A stretch of DNA of 64,000 nt from Microthyrium microscopicum (GCA_010405405.1 MU004236.1:1370070-1434069), one strand, 5' to 3'. Positions 47,658 to 60,116 are shown, numbered from the stretch's first letter. A program made the numbers and translations. Notes: generated by a model from the letters alone, not told the origin.

Positions 47658-48402
47658 CTCGATGATTCAATGTAGAGAAACTAGATCTTTGGAAAGATCC
47701 CTTGCGAAGCCTGTCGCGGGAACGATGAAGAAAAATGTTTCGAGACTCGGTGGATGGTAGTTGCAATAATGAGAGAACATTCAAGTATATCAGAGGTAGC
47801 GAGATGAGAGTCGTCAAAGCCAAACAATGGTCGTTTAGCCGAGGATACCTTTGTTCTTTATGGTGCCTTGTTTGAATAAAAGTCTTTCTCAATGAATCTT
47901 TCCTTAAGTGACCATAGTGAAACAAGTCTATTGTTTGAACTGGCTGCCTAATAGTTCTAATCATATTTCAAACAAGGGAGTCAAGTAGCCATCTGAATGG
48001 CAAAATAAATTGCGTGCCCCCTTTAACTACGATGGCTGCTATACGTTAGGCTTAGCTATCGAGTGCTTCATCCACCGTAGAAGACATTCAAGATTTAACA
48101 TCCTATTGAACACATGGGCAAATATGGCACTTCTCAGTTAATGGAGGTAGTGGCAGTCATCATCGTTGATGGGAGCGGGTCGTTATCTTGCCATGGCGTT
48201 GGTTGATCATGATGATGATCCAAAAAATAAAACAAAAAGTTGCTTTTATCTGCTCATCAGATAGATCGCAACGCTAACAGAGCTAGAAGTCTAACGATAC
48301 CGAAAATGAAAGAATTAGAAGTCAACGAGAGTGAGCGTTGATTAAAGCATGGATGAGATTACATAGAACACGATGAAATGCGTCAGTGAGTTTCTCATTT
48401 CT

Positions 48403-49281
48403 TCAATGAGGAGCTGGTCGGAACACTAAGTTCGACAACATGCTCATATCAGGAGCTGCCGTTTCTTCTTGCTCAGCTTTCGCAACGTCAAAGGGCAGGT
48501 TTGTGCGCAAATCTCCAAGCTCGTAAAGTTGGCTTTGGTCTTCCTCTGACTTATTTAAGGATGATAAGCACTCGTCTTTTTGTGTCTTCGAGTCAAAGGC
48601 CGGGTCTTCAAATAGGGTTGGATACAAGACAGGGTAGTTTCTCGTTGCTCCCCAATGCATATGCGGGAACACAAATCGATCACCTGAGCGTATCGTTGCT
48701 GGATATAACATGGTAGTTTCAGAGGTCGCGGTATCAAAGGGATCGAAGAAGCTGTGGCTCAGAAACCTTGACTCTCCTGGAAGTTGGACTCGAAAGGTTG
48801 CTAGATCTGGAGACTTTTTGAAAAGTGTCACCGAAAATATGTTGAACTTTCCCGAATTGAACTTCTCCGTCTCTATCAACTGCACCAAGGAATGGCGTCG
48901 AATCTCGATCTCTCCTATTAAGCTGCGGGTTTCGGGGCCGTACTCCTGCAGACACTTGTTGAGTGTAGCTCTATTTGTTGCAAAATGAACATTCTCTAGA
49001 GATGATACCCACTGTTCTCGGAAAGCGTAAACATTCCGAAGGGTAGACGGGCTGCAACCGTTGAGGTAATAAGATAACACAGTAGGCTGATCTGAAGTGT
49101 TGTCTGCTTCATACTGCTCAATGAGTACGTCAGCCAGGTGAGTACCCCAAGGACGCGAGGTTTGTTCGTGGCAGATGCCATCGATCAGTATAGTTATGTC
49201 CGACGAATAGCCTGGTTGTAGCCTAGTCATGTCAACTACAGTTGCACCTTCAAGTCCGTCATAGGTAGAGGTGAATACCAT
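48403..49281 (-). CDS. Uncharacterised tandem-family protein, divergent paralog C (292 aa, intronless)
   Basis: ATG at 49281. It shares L.GA.VVDMT, RPWG, HFATNRA.L...L.EYG, HSLVQLIE and the C-terminal NLVFRP with A and B. Confidence 0.75.
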   Translation of the reverse strand: MVFTSTYDGLEGATVVDMTRLQPGYSSDITILIDGICHEQTSRPWGTHLADVLIEQYEADNTSDQPTVLSYYLNGCSPSTLRNVYAFREQWVSSLENVHFATNRATLNKCLQEYGPETRSLIGEIEIRRHSLVQLIETEKFNSGKFNIFSVTLFKKSPDLATFRVQLPGESRFLSHSFFDPFDTATSETTMLYPATIRSGDRFVFPHMHWGATRNYPVLYPTLFEDPAFDSKTQKDECLSSLNKSEEDQSQLYELGDLRTNLPFDVAKAEQEETAAPDMSMLSNLVFRPAPH

Positions 49282-50345
49282 ATTCAATATCTAAGAGAAC
49301 ACAATATTTCCCAACTGGCCAGGTTACGCTTTGAATGTATAGACTCTCCAATGGTGGGAAATGGAGTAGTCAATGGAGGGAAGTTAGTTGCAGAGATTGA
49401 GGAGCGAAATTATATAGAATCACCTCCCTGGAGAGTGAAAATTGCAGAGTAGGTGTTTGGAGGTGTTGACTGGCAAAGTTGTCACCGTTATTGAAAAGCA
49501 TACGTCGAATAGAACAGTGACTATTGAGGTGCTTAAAGTTGTTTAAGGTGGTCAAACCTTGACTGATATCCTCACTGTGTCCGGGTATGACTGAAATCAT
49601 GATTTGTAGGACGCCACCAAATTCTACGTGGTGAACGATACTTTTGAATTAGAATGAATTGTCAGACCGATGATGTCAATCGCCAATTTGGCTAAACTAT
49701 AAGTGTCAATCGCATGAAATGATAACTAGCATTTTCCCCATCAATTTCGCTGGCTCCCACGAACGCTGTTACTTAAGAGATGTTATATTCTCCATTGTGT
49801 TTGATAAGATGTTTGGGCCTGAGCGTCCTACATGGCAAATAAAATACTCCATACCAGAGCTTATCTTGTAGGAGCCATCAAAGTCGATGGATTGAAGCCA
49901 GTAGTTTTGTCTATCGGCTGAGGTGTAAAGAATTGAGAAGGGTTGATCAAAAAGATCCGAACTTAGACTTCTCAACACATACAAATCACCTCAGAAACAA
50001 CTCCCAAACTACAGTCATGTCTGTGAGATTTTGCAATAATCGTGCTTGTTTTGTACACAAACAGTAATATGAAAGTCTTGCAACGAAACAAGGACTTAGT
50101 GCATCGAAACAGCAATACGTCCCAGTGTATAGGCTTCATCAAAGGGTACGAAGCTAGATATACTTTGAATAGCAATCAATTCGTGTGTGCCACAAACGGA
50201 CAGATGAAAGTAAGCAGGAAACTCAACTACGTGAATATATAGGATTAATAAAAACTCAAGATCTTGATTGATGTGTAGAGGAAATGTTTGAAAATGACCG
50301 CCTGAACAAGCGATGGTATGGACAAGACTCACGCACCGAAAGCCT

Positions 50346-51398
50346 CTACAAATCCCTAACAGCCAACATAGCCGGAACCTCCGAGTCTGGACGGAAGGCC
50401 ATTCCGCGTAAGTTGGTTAGGTCGCGCTCAGCGGCTTCATAGTGAGCTGCACGGAGCTCATCAGGTAGATCTGACAGCCTTATTTTATAGTCGTTGCCGA
50501 AATTCATAGTGCATCTACAGAAACGAAGGGTACGCAACCAGTCATCAAAGACGGCCAAACTTTGATTCGCAGTGGCATTATTGTTGTATACGTTCAAAGG
50601 TGTCTCTCTTATGAAGTAGCCCTGGTGTGAGAAACATGGTGCTGGGACATCGTAAAGATTATCCAAGGTCAAATGAACCCACGTTTGCCAGGAGCCTGGA
50701 GCAACACCTGGAATTAAAGACTGTGTTTCCTTGCCATGGCCGGTGTACAGTAGTCCCGTTTTCAAGTGGAAGTGAACCATGAGTTGCCCGCCCTCCGGAT
50801 CCTCCATCCAGGCGCTAAAGCTGCCAGAAGGGCTAGGAGTGAAATCAATAGCTGTAGTCTGAATTATGCGACATACGTTGTCTTCGTCGTGACCGGAGTT
50901 GCCCAGCTCTCGGGCAATGAAATCGCGGTGACATCCAAATTTGAAACTAAGATGCTGCCTTGATTCCCGTCTACCCATTCGTCTGACTGACTCGGCGAAA
51001 TTGCCCACAAATCCAGCTGGAACTTCTATAGTGCTCAAGTCCCGAATAGTAGGTCGGTCAAGACCCGCGCGTTTGGGGTCCTGAGATTGAAACCCTAACT
51101 GGATTTTCCTTGCAAGCTCTACCCATCGTGGAGGTGCTACATCTGTTTGAGTAGCAAGCTCCCATTGCTTAGCCGGCGGAGCATCTGCTATGCGGAAAAC
51201 TCGCTGGCGACACACTGGGCAGGTATCGTTGAACTCTTGCCAATACTCAGAACATTCAATGCAGCAATTGTGTCCATATTTACATATAATTTCTCCGTAC
51301 ACCTGGGTAATGTTTAAGTTCCCGGCTTCTCGATTAGCATTAGCAAGAGTGTCCTTGCAAATTGGGCATTCCTTCTCTGGGGCGGTAGCGTCGGACAT
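50346..51398 (-). CDS. RING-finger protein (putative E3 ubiquitin ligase) with an unrecognised C-terminal domain, 350 aa
   Basis: CPIC...CKYGHNCCIEC...W...CPVCR is a RING-HC-like pattern. Intronless. Confidence 0.8.
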   Translation of the reverse strand: MSDATAPEKECPICKDTLANANREAGNLNITQVYGEIICKYGHNCCIECSEYWQEFNDTCPVCRQRVFRIADAPPAKQWELATQTDVAPPRWVELARKIQLGFQSQDPKRAGLDRPTIRDLSTIEVPAGFVGNFAESVRRMGRRESRQHLSFKFGCHRDFIARELGNSGHDEDNVCRIIQTTAIDFTPSPSGSFSAWMEDPEGGQLMVHFHLKTGLLYTGHGKETQSLIPGVAPGSWQTWVHLTLDNLYDVPAPCFSHQGYFIRETPLNVYNNNATANQSLAVFDDWLRTLRFCRCTMNFGNDYKIRLSDLPDELRAAHYEAAERDLTNLRGMAFRPDSEVPAMLAVRDL

Positions 51399-52449
51399 TT
51401 TGGTACGTTATATAAGGCGATGCCAAATCGTGCGGTAATTGGATCTATCTATGAATGCTCAAAGAAGGAACTCTCATATTAAGTACTGTTGGAGTTAGTA
51501 CTGCAGCATCGATGAATAGCATAATGATTTCTTTATGAAGCCATAAACATAATCTGAACAAAGGAAATGACGAGGAGAATATCTGTCGATATTTTACGGT
51601 ACACTTTGAGGGTGAAGATTGTTGGCGCCTCTCTCATAAGGAGGTCGATATACTGTGATTCCCAAATAGGTGATATATATATCAGGCGAAGGTATTGACC
51701 TGGTTAGATCTGTTTCTAGCGTACTCTTGTTCCAATGACGCGTTATCGTTTGATCATAAGCTGGAGTTCATGTTGGCCGCATAGGGACCATCCTTTGTTG
51801 TAGTCTCCTTTGTGCCTCCCACCCTGTCACTGGCTATTCCGTGTCCACATTTTCTTGTCTATTGATTGCTTCGTTTTTGGAGGTCAATATCTTTGTGCCG
51901 TTCTGGCATGAAAAAGACTGCGACGACTATAAAGCATCGACATCTCTTTGTATCCTGCTTTCTTTGTCAATATAATTCAATAGGTTTGTATCCAGCTGGT
52001 GTGAAGTCTTCTGCAACTACCTATATGACGAGAAGAGAAAGAACCCTTCACCCGCAGTACCCTAGCCTAGCCTAGCCTTTTCACCTGCTATGTGCAAGGA
52101 TCCCAGCCTTTTCTTAGCGTTTAGTCATGACGTCGGACCTTTCTTTAGTCTGTGCACACTGGTAGTTTGTGCGGGGAAGGAACTCGAGTCCTGCCTTCCT
52201 TTTTCTCAACGTCTCACCAAGAGATAGCTGAAAGTTGTACATGTTCAATGTTTCATCTCACCACCATACCACCATACCGCCAAATCTCCTCAACCCCTCT
52301 CCCCCCTCTCCTCAGTGCTCCTCTTCAATTCACACCCTCCTTGAATTGAAGCACCACATTATCATTCGTGGTCTTCTGTCTACACCAATCCTAAACCCGG
52401 CGCGCTCTCCGCGCATCGCCGACCAAAACCCACTATCATACACCACACC

Positions 52450-53837
52450 ATGTTAACCTCCTCACTACCCATCGTGCCCACCACCCCTCCAAACCACAAT
52501 CACCCATCTGATCCCTCTTCTGCTCCTCCTCCCAATCGGCGCCTGTGGTCCTCCCCCGCCATTAGCGACTACTTTTCCGGCGACGAGACCGCCAGCTTCA
52601 CACTCTCCCCGCCTGCGCCAAGCTTCAAGTCCGCCGCAACCTTCGCCGAGAACGAATTGCCAAAAGAGTCGACGAAGACGGATTCAACTCGCAAATTTGA
52701 TCCGCCGGCTGGGCTGGTTCGCGCACTTAGCACCTCCCTCAATGTCGAAGCACAAATGTCGCGCGCGGCGCAAAGCCAGCGCCTATTGTTGATGCGCTTG
52801 AATGCGGTCGGACGCGCGATTGTACAAGCAGATTTGTCTGAAGTGCACTGTGAACGGCTGGCGGTGGATGTTAGCCGGCTTGAATCGACGTTGGCGGCGC
52901 CGGATGCACAGAGCCGGGAGCCGGCGGAGATTGCCGAGTCGGGTTTATTCGATGAAGAGGAGGAAGATGAGGAGGATGATACGCTATCGAAGGTTGTGGA
53001 AGAGGAGGAACCTGAGAGTGAGACATTGAATCAGGCCGAAGAAAAAGAAGAGCCAGAAGTAGCGCTCACTGCGGAGATATCACTGGCCGAACTGGAGAGG
53101 GCTCAGATAAAGCGCCAAGAAGCTGCGGAGTTGATTGCACGGGTCACAAAATCTGCTGAAGAATTGAGGGAAAGATATCGTGAGATGAAGGTATGTTTTC
53201 TCCTCATGCGTAAAAGATTGTAAGCTAATTGTTTCAGCACGTCAATGACATTGCAACATCCAAACTCGAAGCAGCCGCCAACGAGATATTTCGATTACGA
53301 CAAGAAAACCAAACTCTGAATTCCGACGACAAGAATTCCGACCTTCTGTATCTTCGACTGCGGCTAAACAATCTCGAGGAACGAGCAAAGCAGGGTCTGG
53401 GCCGTAAGAGACAGGAAGAACTTGTCGACAGCATCGAAAAGCTCAGCATTGAGAGTAGTCCCAAGCGGCAAGAAAGTCGGGATACTGGTCATGGAGCAAG
53501 CCGATCTCCAGAGGCCACCATGACGAACAGCATAAACGCAGACTATCAGTTCGATGTGGAAGAACCAAGAAAGATCAACGGACATGCATATCCTAGCTAT
53601 CGGCATCGGTCACTTCCAGAAGACGTGTTTGGATGCAATGATGAACCGGACGATAAGATGGCCAATGACGGCCTTTCCAAGGATGATGAGGAAGACGAGG
53701 ATGAAAGTAAGATTGGGAATAATAAGATTACTTCTTCCCATGATGAGGAAGATGAGAGTAAGCCCCTTACTCCCTGGCAACAACTTTGGGATGGCATATC
53801 GGATTTCGTTGGCATCCACGATTACTACAGCGAGTAG
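52450..53837 (+). CDS. Hypothetical acidic coiled-coil protein
   Basis: Intron 53191-53237 (GTATGT..GCTAAT..CAG) joins the 257-aa and 202-aa ORFs in frame. C-terminal TPWQQLWDGISDFVG motif. Confidence 0.75.
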
Positions 53838-54327
53838 CTGTATGATCATTGGTGAACACTTACGAGATTGCTCCTTGAATCTGCAGCATGCAAGCGATGT
53901 CTGGCTGGCGTTTTGTACTGGAGTCTGGAATATGATACCCCTTTGCTTTGATGGACGGATTGTTGGGTATTTTGTACCCTTCACACTTGGTTGCTTGAAG
54001 CAATGTTCTTGCATGTTGTTTATACTACTAGTAAGTAATGTCTCAATAGAAGATCCGCGAAATAAGTTTCAATGGCTGTCAATTGTACTGTCCATGTTTT
54101 TCAAGGTGATCGGCGCTTTTACTTGAGCTCTATATACAGTAGCCTCTGGCCGGGTTCAGGGTCCAACCTTCAGCCTACAATTGCGGGGCATCTCAACACC
54201 ATGCATCCCATTGACCCCTCTATCACCACTTATCGTTCTCTCGTGCTTGACTCAAGACCCATTTGATCTTAAAACTTTCCATAGTACCAATCGACCCCCC
54301 TTCTATCATCAAGTCACGCCTGTCAAC

Positions 54328-55168
54328 ATGGCCACTGCTCACTCCCACGACAATGGCCATACCCACGACCACGGTGCCAACGATCACGGCCATACCCACG
54401 AGCAATATACGTCTGCTGGCTCCTATCTAGGTCGCGAACCACCCATCATCACCGGCCGCGAATGGGCCGACCGCGCTTTCACAATCGGCATCGGCGGGTT
54501 AGTTTTCAAGCTCGGCGTGATGCCTAGCTCGGGATGTTTACTGACAACAACCCCATAGCCCAGTAGGTTCCGGCAAAACCGCCCTCATGCTCGCCCTCTG
54601 CCGTGCCCTCCGCGACCGCTTTAACATCGCCGCCGTGACCAACGACATCTTCACCCGCGAAGACTCTGAATTCCTCGTCCGCCACTCTGCCCTCCCCGCC
54701 GAACGTATCCGCGCAATCGAAACTGGCGGCTGTCCCCACGCTGCCGTTCGCGAAGACATCTCCGCAAATCTCGCCGCTCTAGAAGACCTACATGCGCAAT
54801 TCGGCACAGATTTGTTGCTTATTGAGAGTGGAGGGGACAATTTGGCGGCAAATTACTCGAGGGAGCTGGCGGACTATATCGTGTATGTGATTGATGTAGC
54901 TGGCGGAGATAAGGTGCCGAGAAAAGGTGGACCGGGCATTACGCAGAGCGACTTGCTGGTGGTGAATAAGACTGATCTGGCCGAGGCTGTGGGTGCAGAT
55001 TTGGGTGTTATGGAGAGGGATGCGGGACGGATGAGAGAGGGAGGGCCAACGGTGTTTGCGCAAGTTAAGCATGGGGTGGGTGTGGAGGCGATCATTACAC
55101 TGATTTTGAGCTCGTGGAAGGCGAGTGGAGCGACGCAAGCGGAGAAGTTGCGCAAGGAGCAATCGTAG
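54328..55168 (+). CDS. ureG: Urease accessory GTPase UreG
   Basis: His-rich N-terminus, [16 protein letters not shown] across intron 54498-54558, then [42 protein letters not shown]. Confidence 0.97.
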
Positions 55169-55524
55169 ATGTGTATTTGGGTGTATTTTCGACGATATAA
55201 GCCGGTAGATTCAGCATGTTCATGGAGATGATGAAAAGAGGATAGAAGCTTCTTTACTGTAGATATACTCGGCGCTGCTGTTAAACAGTTGTCGACCGAC
55301 ATGATTTCGAAACTATGCTAAACGCTATGCAAATAAGAATTACAGTATAATACCCAATATCTCCAGAGATGCATATAAAACCATTGCAGATATTCGGACT
55401 GGATTCTACCAGCCACTGTGGAAATCGTCCTCCCAAGCGCCATGCTAGCCATAAAATCAGTTCAAGTCGTATCCCATGCTCCCGCCATAGATTGTACATC
55501 CGTTCAGCGAGTCTTATATCTCCT

Positions 55525-56507
55525 TCAATATCTGGCGTCTCCGCGCATTGCCTTCATCAGCCAGCGCTTCCACCAATTTCGCACGCTGATCACGCTCGCC
55601 TTGCCATCTTCATCCTCCTCTTTCAAAAAGCTACTGCGCCGCGATTCGCTCTCCGTGCCTTCTGGATCGCCAATGATCGCGGCAAAGAACCAGAAGAATG
55701 CTGCTGTCCAGGCAGATATGGCGACGGCAATGGATATAACGGGCGCCAGCAGCAGGACTACTACCAGTAACGGAATCGAGTAGGATGAGAATACATCGCT
55801 GTGTAGAGTCGCGCATATGCATGATAAATGGAGTTTAAGCGCGGGCGCAAGGAGAATCAGGGCGCGTTCGCGGGGAGTTCGTTTGGAGCGGCGAAAGATG
55901 GAAAAGGGTGTTATGATGAGGAAGATGAAAAGGGCGAAGACAGCCCAGAGAGCGAGGATTAGGCTTATGAGGAAGACTGGAGCGGAGAGGTAGACCTGTG
56001 ATTTGCGGAGTTAGTCGGAGTTTATTGATATAGAAATGGATGCTTCTGGGGAAAATTAGGTGAACTTACCAGAATTTGTAGCGATTTTGCCTTGACGTCT
56101 TCGCGGGTTTCGTGATAGTTGTCGTTGGGATGGAATTCGTAGCTGGTGGACTGATCCAAGGCGAGTTGCGCCTTCTCAGGATCAATTGGTGTGACTGGCT
56201 GCGGGGGCAATATCGAGATTGGTCTGGGACTGAGCTTGTTGCTGGAGTCGTCCGATGATAGACGTGCTGAATCGGGGCGTGCTGGCGTTTTTATGTCTCT
56301 CTGAGTATTTTCTGGTTTGTTGCCTGTTGGCCAGGCTCGAGGCTTTCCCGCGCCATATGATATCCACTGACTGTTCTCGATGCTTGAGATATCTGCGTCG
56401 TCTATAGGATTCGGCGATGACGGGCCAGTGGAAAATGGATTCGAAAGTCGTTGGGGTTGTTCCTTGGATGGAGAGCGGGGAGGCGAGTAGTGCGTGTATG
56501 TGGACAT
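55525..56507 (-). CDS. Hypothetical membrane protein (~302 aa; disordered N-terminus, hydrophobic C-terminal half)
   Basis: Exon 56507-56070, intron 56069-55996 (GTAAGT..CTAAC..CAG), exon 55995-55525 encoding VYLSAPVFLISLILALWAVFALF...AWTAAFFWFFAAIIGDP...VRNWWKRWL...RY*. Confidence 0.75.
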
Positions 56508-57880
56508 GGTGGGTGGTGTTATAAGCGCAGTATCGAAATCGACATATCTGGTGGACGATCTTCAACACCAACAACCCAAAAAGTGCAGCTAGCTGATGGG
56601 ACGGAATATAGTGTTTGCACAACTCAAGTCGGCAATACAAGGACCAGAGCAGAGATTTAAGAAGAAAGTATCATGATAGCAAACATGAAGCGGCACAACT
56701 CCCAAGGAGTGGAAAGCTTGAGAGCCAAGCAGACGAGCCGACCAAGAGACCAAGAGCCATGCCTCGTCTCGCGACAGATGAGAAGCAGAGGCAGGCCAAG
56801 ATCCAGGAGGAAGTTGCCCAGCCGGATGATCAGGATAATTGCTGTTGGAGAGAACACAAAACATTTCTTGGTCCACCTTGGCAGCTTGGCAATTGTCTCC
56901 ACAGCCAACCCAAGAGTCCAAGACTTTGTAGCACTTACAGATGTACTCTTTGCATTTAATTCTCAAGACCCTTTCACTCTTTGTGCCCTGAACTTCTCTT
57001 CTTGTGCTCTAGAAGGTACCAAGCTCCAGTATCCTGCCGCACGAATAGATTGCTCACTAGCGATCGACAGCTATTCCCATATGAGCCTGTACGATACCTA
57101 GGGAGTTGATGAAAGCAAGGACTCGGTATGCTAGATACGACCTCCTGGACGCGGAAACCCAGCATTGGCAGTTTGGTGGTTGACTATGCCTCCCATCGCC
57201 AGGAGACTAAATCAGAGGGCCCAGAATGATGCCAACAGATGAAATCATCACACCAAGAAATATTATTCATGGGGTTACAATGGATACTGCTTTGGTCGCT
57301 TGGCAATGGCAAATCGAGCGTTGCGATGAATGGAACCTTTGCCAAGCCAACAGTCTTGAGATTGAAAAGGGGAATAAAGGTTTAGGAACTGGACTGGTAT
57401 TACCGATAATCTGATACCTGGATATCAAAAAAGTGTCAACCCTGCAACTTGCAACAACATCGGCCAAGGATTTTGATGTTTTCCTCTTACAACAGAGTGG
57501 TTTGGGAGCACTGCACACTTGTAAGTCTTTGAGCAATTGCGGCGAACAGCTCAATTTTGGCTTGGCGCCGAGCGCTTTTGAAACACCATGACTGGACAAA
57601 CAGGTGTGGGTGTAAGGGCAACTTTGAGATTGGAGCATTGATCGTGAGGAGGGTTGTTCGTCTTGTAAATCTCAAGTCGATTGGTGGAGGTAAGGATTAT
57701 GAAAGATTTCGAACGGTTGCGGATCTGGGCAGAGGCTGGAGTTACCGTAGAAAGCTCACAAGATGTCCGCAAGCTCTTGGGCGTTCAAAGTGGCTTTTAG
57801 CGTGTTTATGTGGCGTTCTTACATTCTTCATAACTTCTCCCATTTACTTCGTTGTTACAGTAGGAGAATGCTTGAAATTC

Positions 57881-58025
57881 ACAGTATAGAATAACAATAC
57901 TAAGCTTATATACCTTAACTTCTTATAGAGCCAAAATATCTTAAGATTCTATAGTTCTAATACTTCAAAAGTTGAGCCTACAAAACTGCTCCACTTAATA
58001 GCTACTTAACCCTGTACTTTTAACG
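57881..58025. other. Short AT-rich, TpA-enriched patch (possible RIP-mutated repeat relic)
   Basis: Hand count gives roughly 23 TpA versus 12 ApT in 140 bp, in contrast to the flanks. Confidence 0.35.
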
Positions 58026-58826
58026 CCAAATACGCCAAATAGGCAGTTTTGGCGGAAACGATTGGCTACCTTGCGGACATCTTGTGGGAATTCTACGGTA
58101 CTCCACGTTGGTAGCCGCTTTAATTTTATCCGAGCTTCCTATATCCGTACTATTATGACAACTGTACCGTTACTACCACCTATCTTTTCCTTATATCCCA
58201 CCACCTCTTGATTAAGACTGCCTTTCAGGCCTCCTTGCCATGATCTTTATATGTCAAAGCGTGCAGTCGCCCAAGACTTGATCACACCCAATGGTTCATC
58301 TCGTGTTACTCATCCACAAATGTTACACAACCAAGCAGTCGTTCTTGTCTAACAGGAACCGAATTCAATCACAAATTGCATTCTGATAGCGAAAATTTGT
58401 CCATGGCTTGGGGCTTGGGGCTTCGGACTTCGGCCTTACAATCAACAAAATACACGTCAAGTTCCAAGCAATGAGATGGACCGTACACCATATCCACTTG
58501 GTGTTCAACTGAAGTTTGTCTTGTTGTTCTTTCTTGCGTAGTGCAATTTGTCATTCGACTTCCTTCGACATTGACGACAAACGGTCCAAATTCCTCGCTT
58601 AAAGAGCCTCACAAGACATTGCGCGCCATGGCAGCATGGCCAAGAGACTTGGACGCAAATAGTAACTCCCACGTTGTAAGGCTCCTTTTAAGTTCCTTCT
58701 ATGCCAACCTCACGCCGTAGCCGCCTACACAGCCAAGCCCTTTGACCTCTCCATCACGCGCTCAACTGAGATCTTGGACCAAGTGTAACTTCGTCTAACC
58801 TATTCCCGTCATTCCCGCTTGCTGTT

Positions 58827-60116
58827 TTATATAGCGCGAAAAGTTCCGTTGCTACACCCTATGCCCAGTCTTGGATTCAAGTCCGATTTCGCGTTCATAC
58901 AAATTTGCGTCGTATGGGCATTTCCTCCCGCCGGCTCAAGATTAATGTTCTTGAGCACAAAGTTTTGACAAGATGTCGCCGAGTCACATCCCAAGATAAC
59001 CGCTTCTGTATGCCTAAGCGTTGGCAAGCCATCATTATACCAACAGGGCTTCACACAACTGCCATCTCCCGGGTTTTGCGTATTGATCGTCCCGCTGAAA
59101 TTCGACCAGGTAAAGTCCTTCATTCGAACTGCTTGGCCACTTGGCCGTGACTGCTGGCCAAGCGCCTGGTTCTGATATGTTTGCGTAACGAAAATTGGAA
59201 AAGTCACGTTCTCAAGTCGAATATTTGACCAAGTGACGTTTTGTACAAGTCCTTTTCCTCCTTTCCAGGACTTGAAGCGTGCGGCGTAGAGACCTCCTTT
59301 TACGGTGATGTTTTTGAACATGATATTGGAGACGTCCGCAGGTGAATTGGGGTCACCGCCGAGAGAGCCGACGCTCATTCCATGCGTTTGGTAACCGATT
59401 GTGTTGTTCTCAAACAAAATGTCGTGGGCGCCGTTTTGGATTGCCAGCGCATCATCTCCGTTCAAAATGTAGCTGTTCTTGATCGTTACATTTCGAGCGC
59501 CTACTCCAAAGGCGTCAGTGTTGAACGGGAATGCCGAGGTTGAAGAGACAGCATCAATAATAGCGTCGGTGATGAGATTGTTGTCTCCACTGATGCCTAC
59601 ATTCCACCCCATAGGCTTCCTACTCTTGAAATGCCTGACAGTTCCTTGGTTAACGGCCCATCTGAACAAATGCGGTCTGCCTTCCAACCCAGTTTTGCCT
59701 GGCGGGTTGGCGTCATACCATTGCTGGCCATAGGAGTTGATCCAACCATATTTTTCATTGCTACTGCCAATCCAGTGAACATTGGCCCCAGAGAACTGAA
59801 ACCAGGTTACCTTCCTGCCATTAGTGATCTGCAATACCTTGATGATACTGTTTGGGAGATGCAGGTTGCCGTTCACGCGAATATCCACGTTATTCAATTT
59901 ATGGGTGATAGGGGTCCAGACGTTGTAATCGACTCCTGCTTTGAATTCTATTACCCCGTTGGAGGCGCATTTGGTAAATGCAGCTTTGATTGCTGGAGAG
60001 TCATCAGATTTTCCGTTGGATGACTCTACTACGCAATGGGGTTTGTCTGATTGTGCTAAAACAACAAAAGCCACAAAAAGACTAATTAGTAGCCGGACAA
60101 GTGATGATATTGACAT
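58827..60116 (-). CDS. Secreted glycoside hydrolase family 28 (exo-polygalacturonase-like), 429 aa
   Basis: Signal peptide plus GH28 motifs FNTD, GDD, THG and RFK, with DDSPAI..AF..C and GQQWYD. Confidence 0.92.
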   Translation of the reverse strand: MSISSLVRLLISLFVAFVVLAQSDKPHCVVESSNGKSDDSPAIKAAFTKCASNGVIEFKAGVDYNVWTPITHKLNNVDIRVNGNLHLPNSIIKVLQITNGRKVTWFQFSGANVHWIGSSNEKYGWINSYGQQWYDANPPGKTGLEGRPHLFRWAVNQGTVRHFKSRKPMGWNVGISGDNNLITDAIIDAVSSTSAFPFNTDAFGVGARNVTIKNSYILNGDDALAIQNGAHDILFENNTIGYQTHGMSVGSLGGDPNSPADVSNIMFKNITVKGGLYAARFKSWKGGKGLVQNVTWSNIRLENVTFPIFVTQTYQNQALGQQSRPSGQAVRMKDFTWSNFSGTINTQNPGDGSCVKPCWYNDGLPTLRHTEAVILGCDSATSCQNFVLKNINLEPAGGNAHTTQICMNAKSDLNPRLGIGCSNGTFRAI

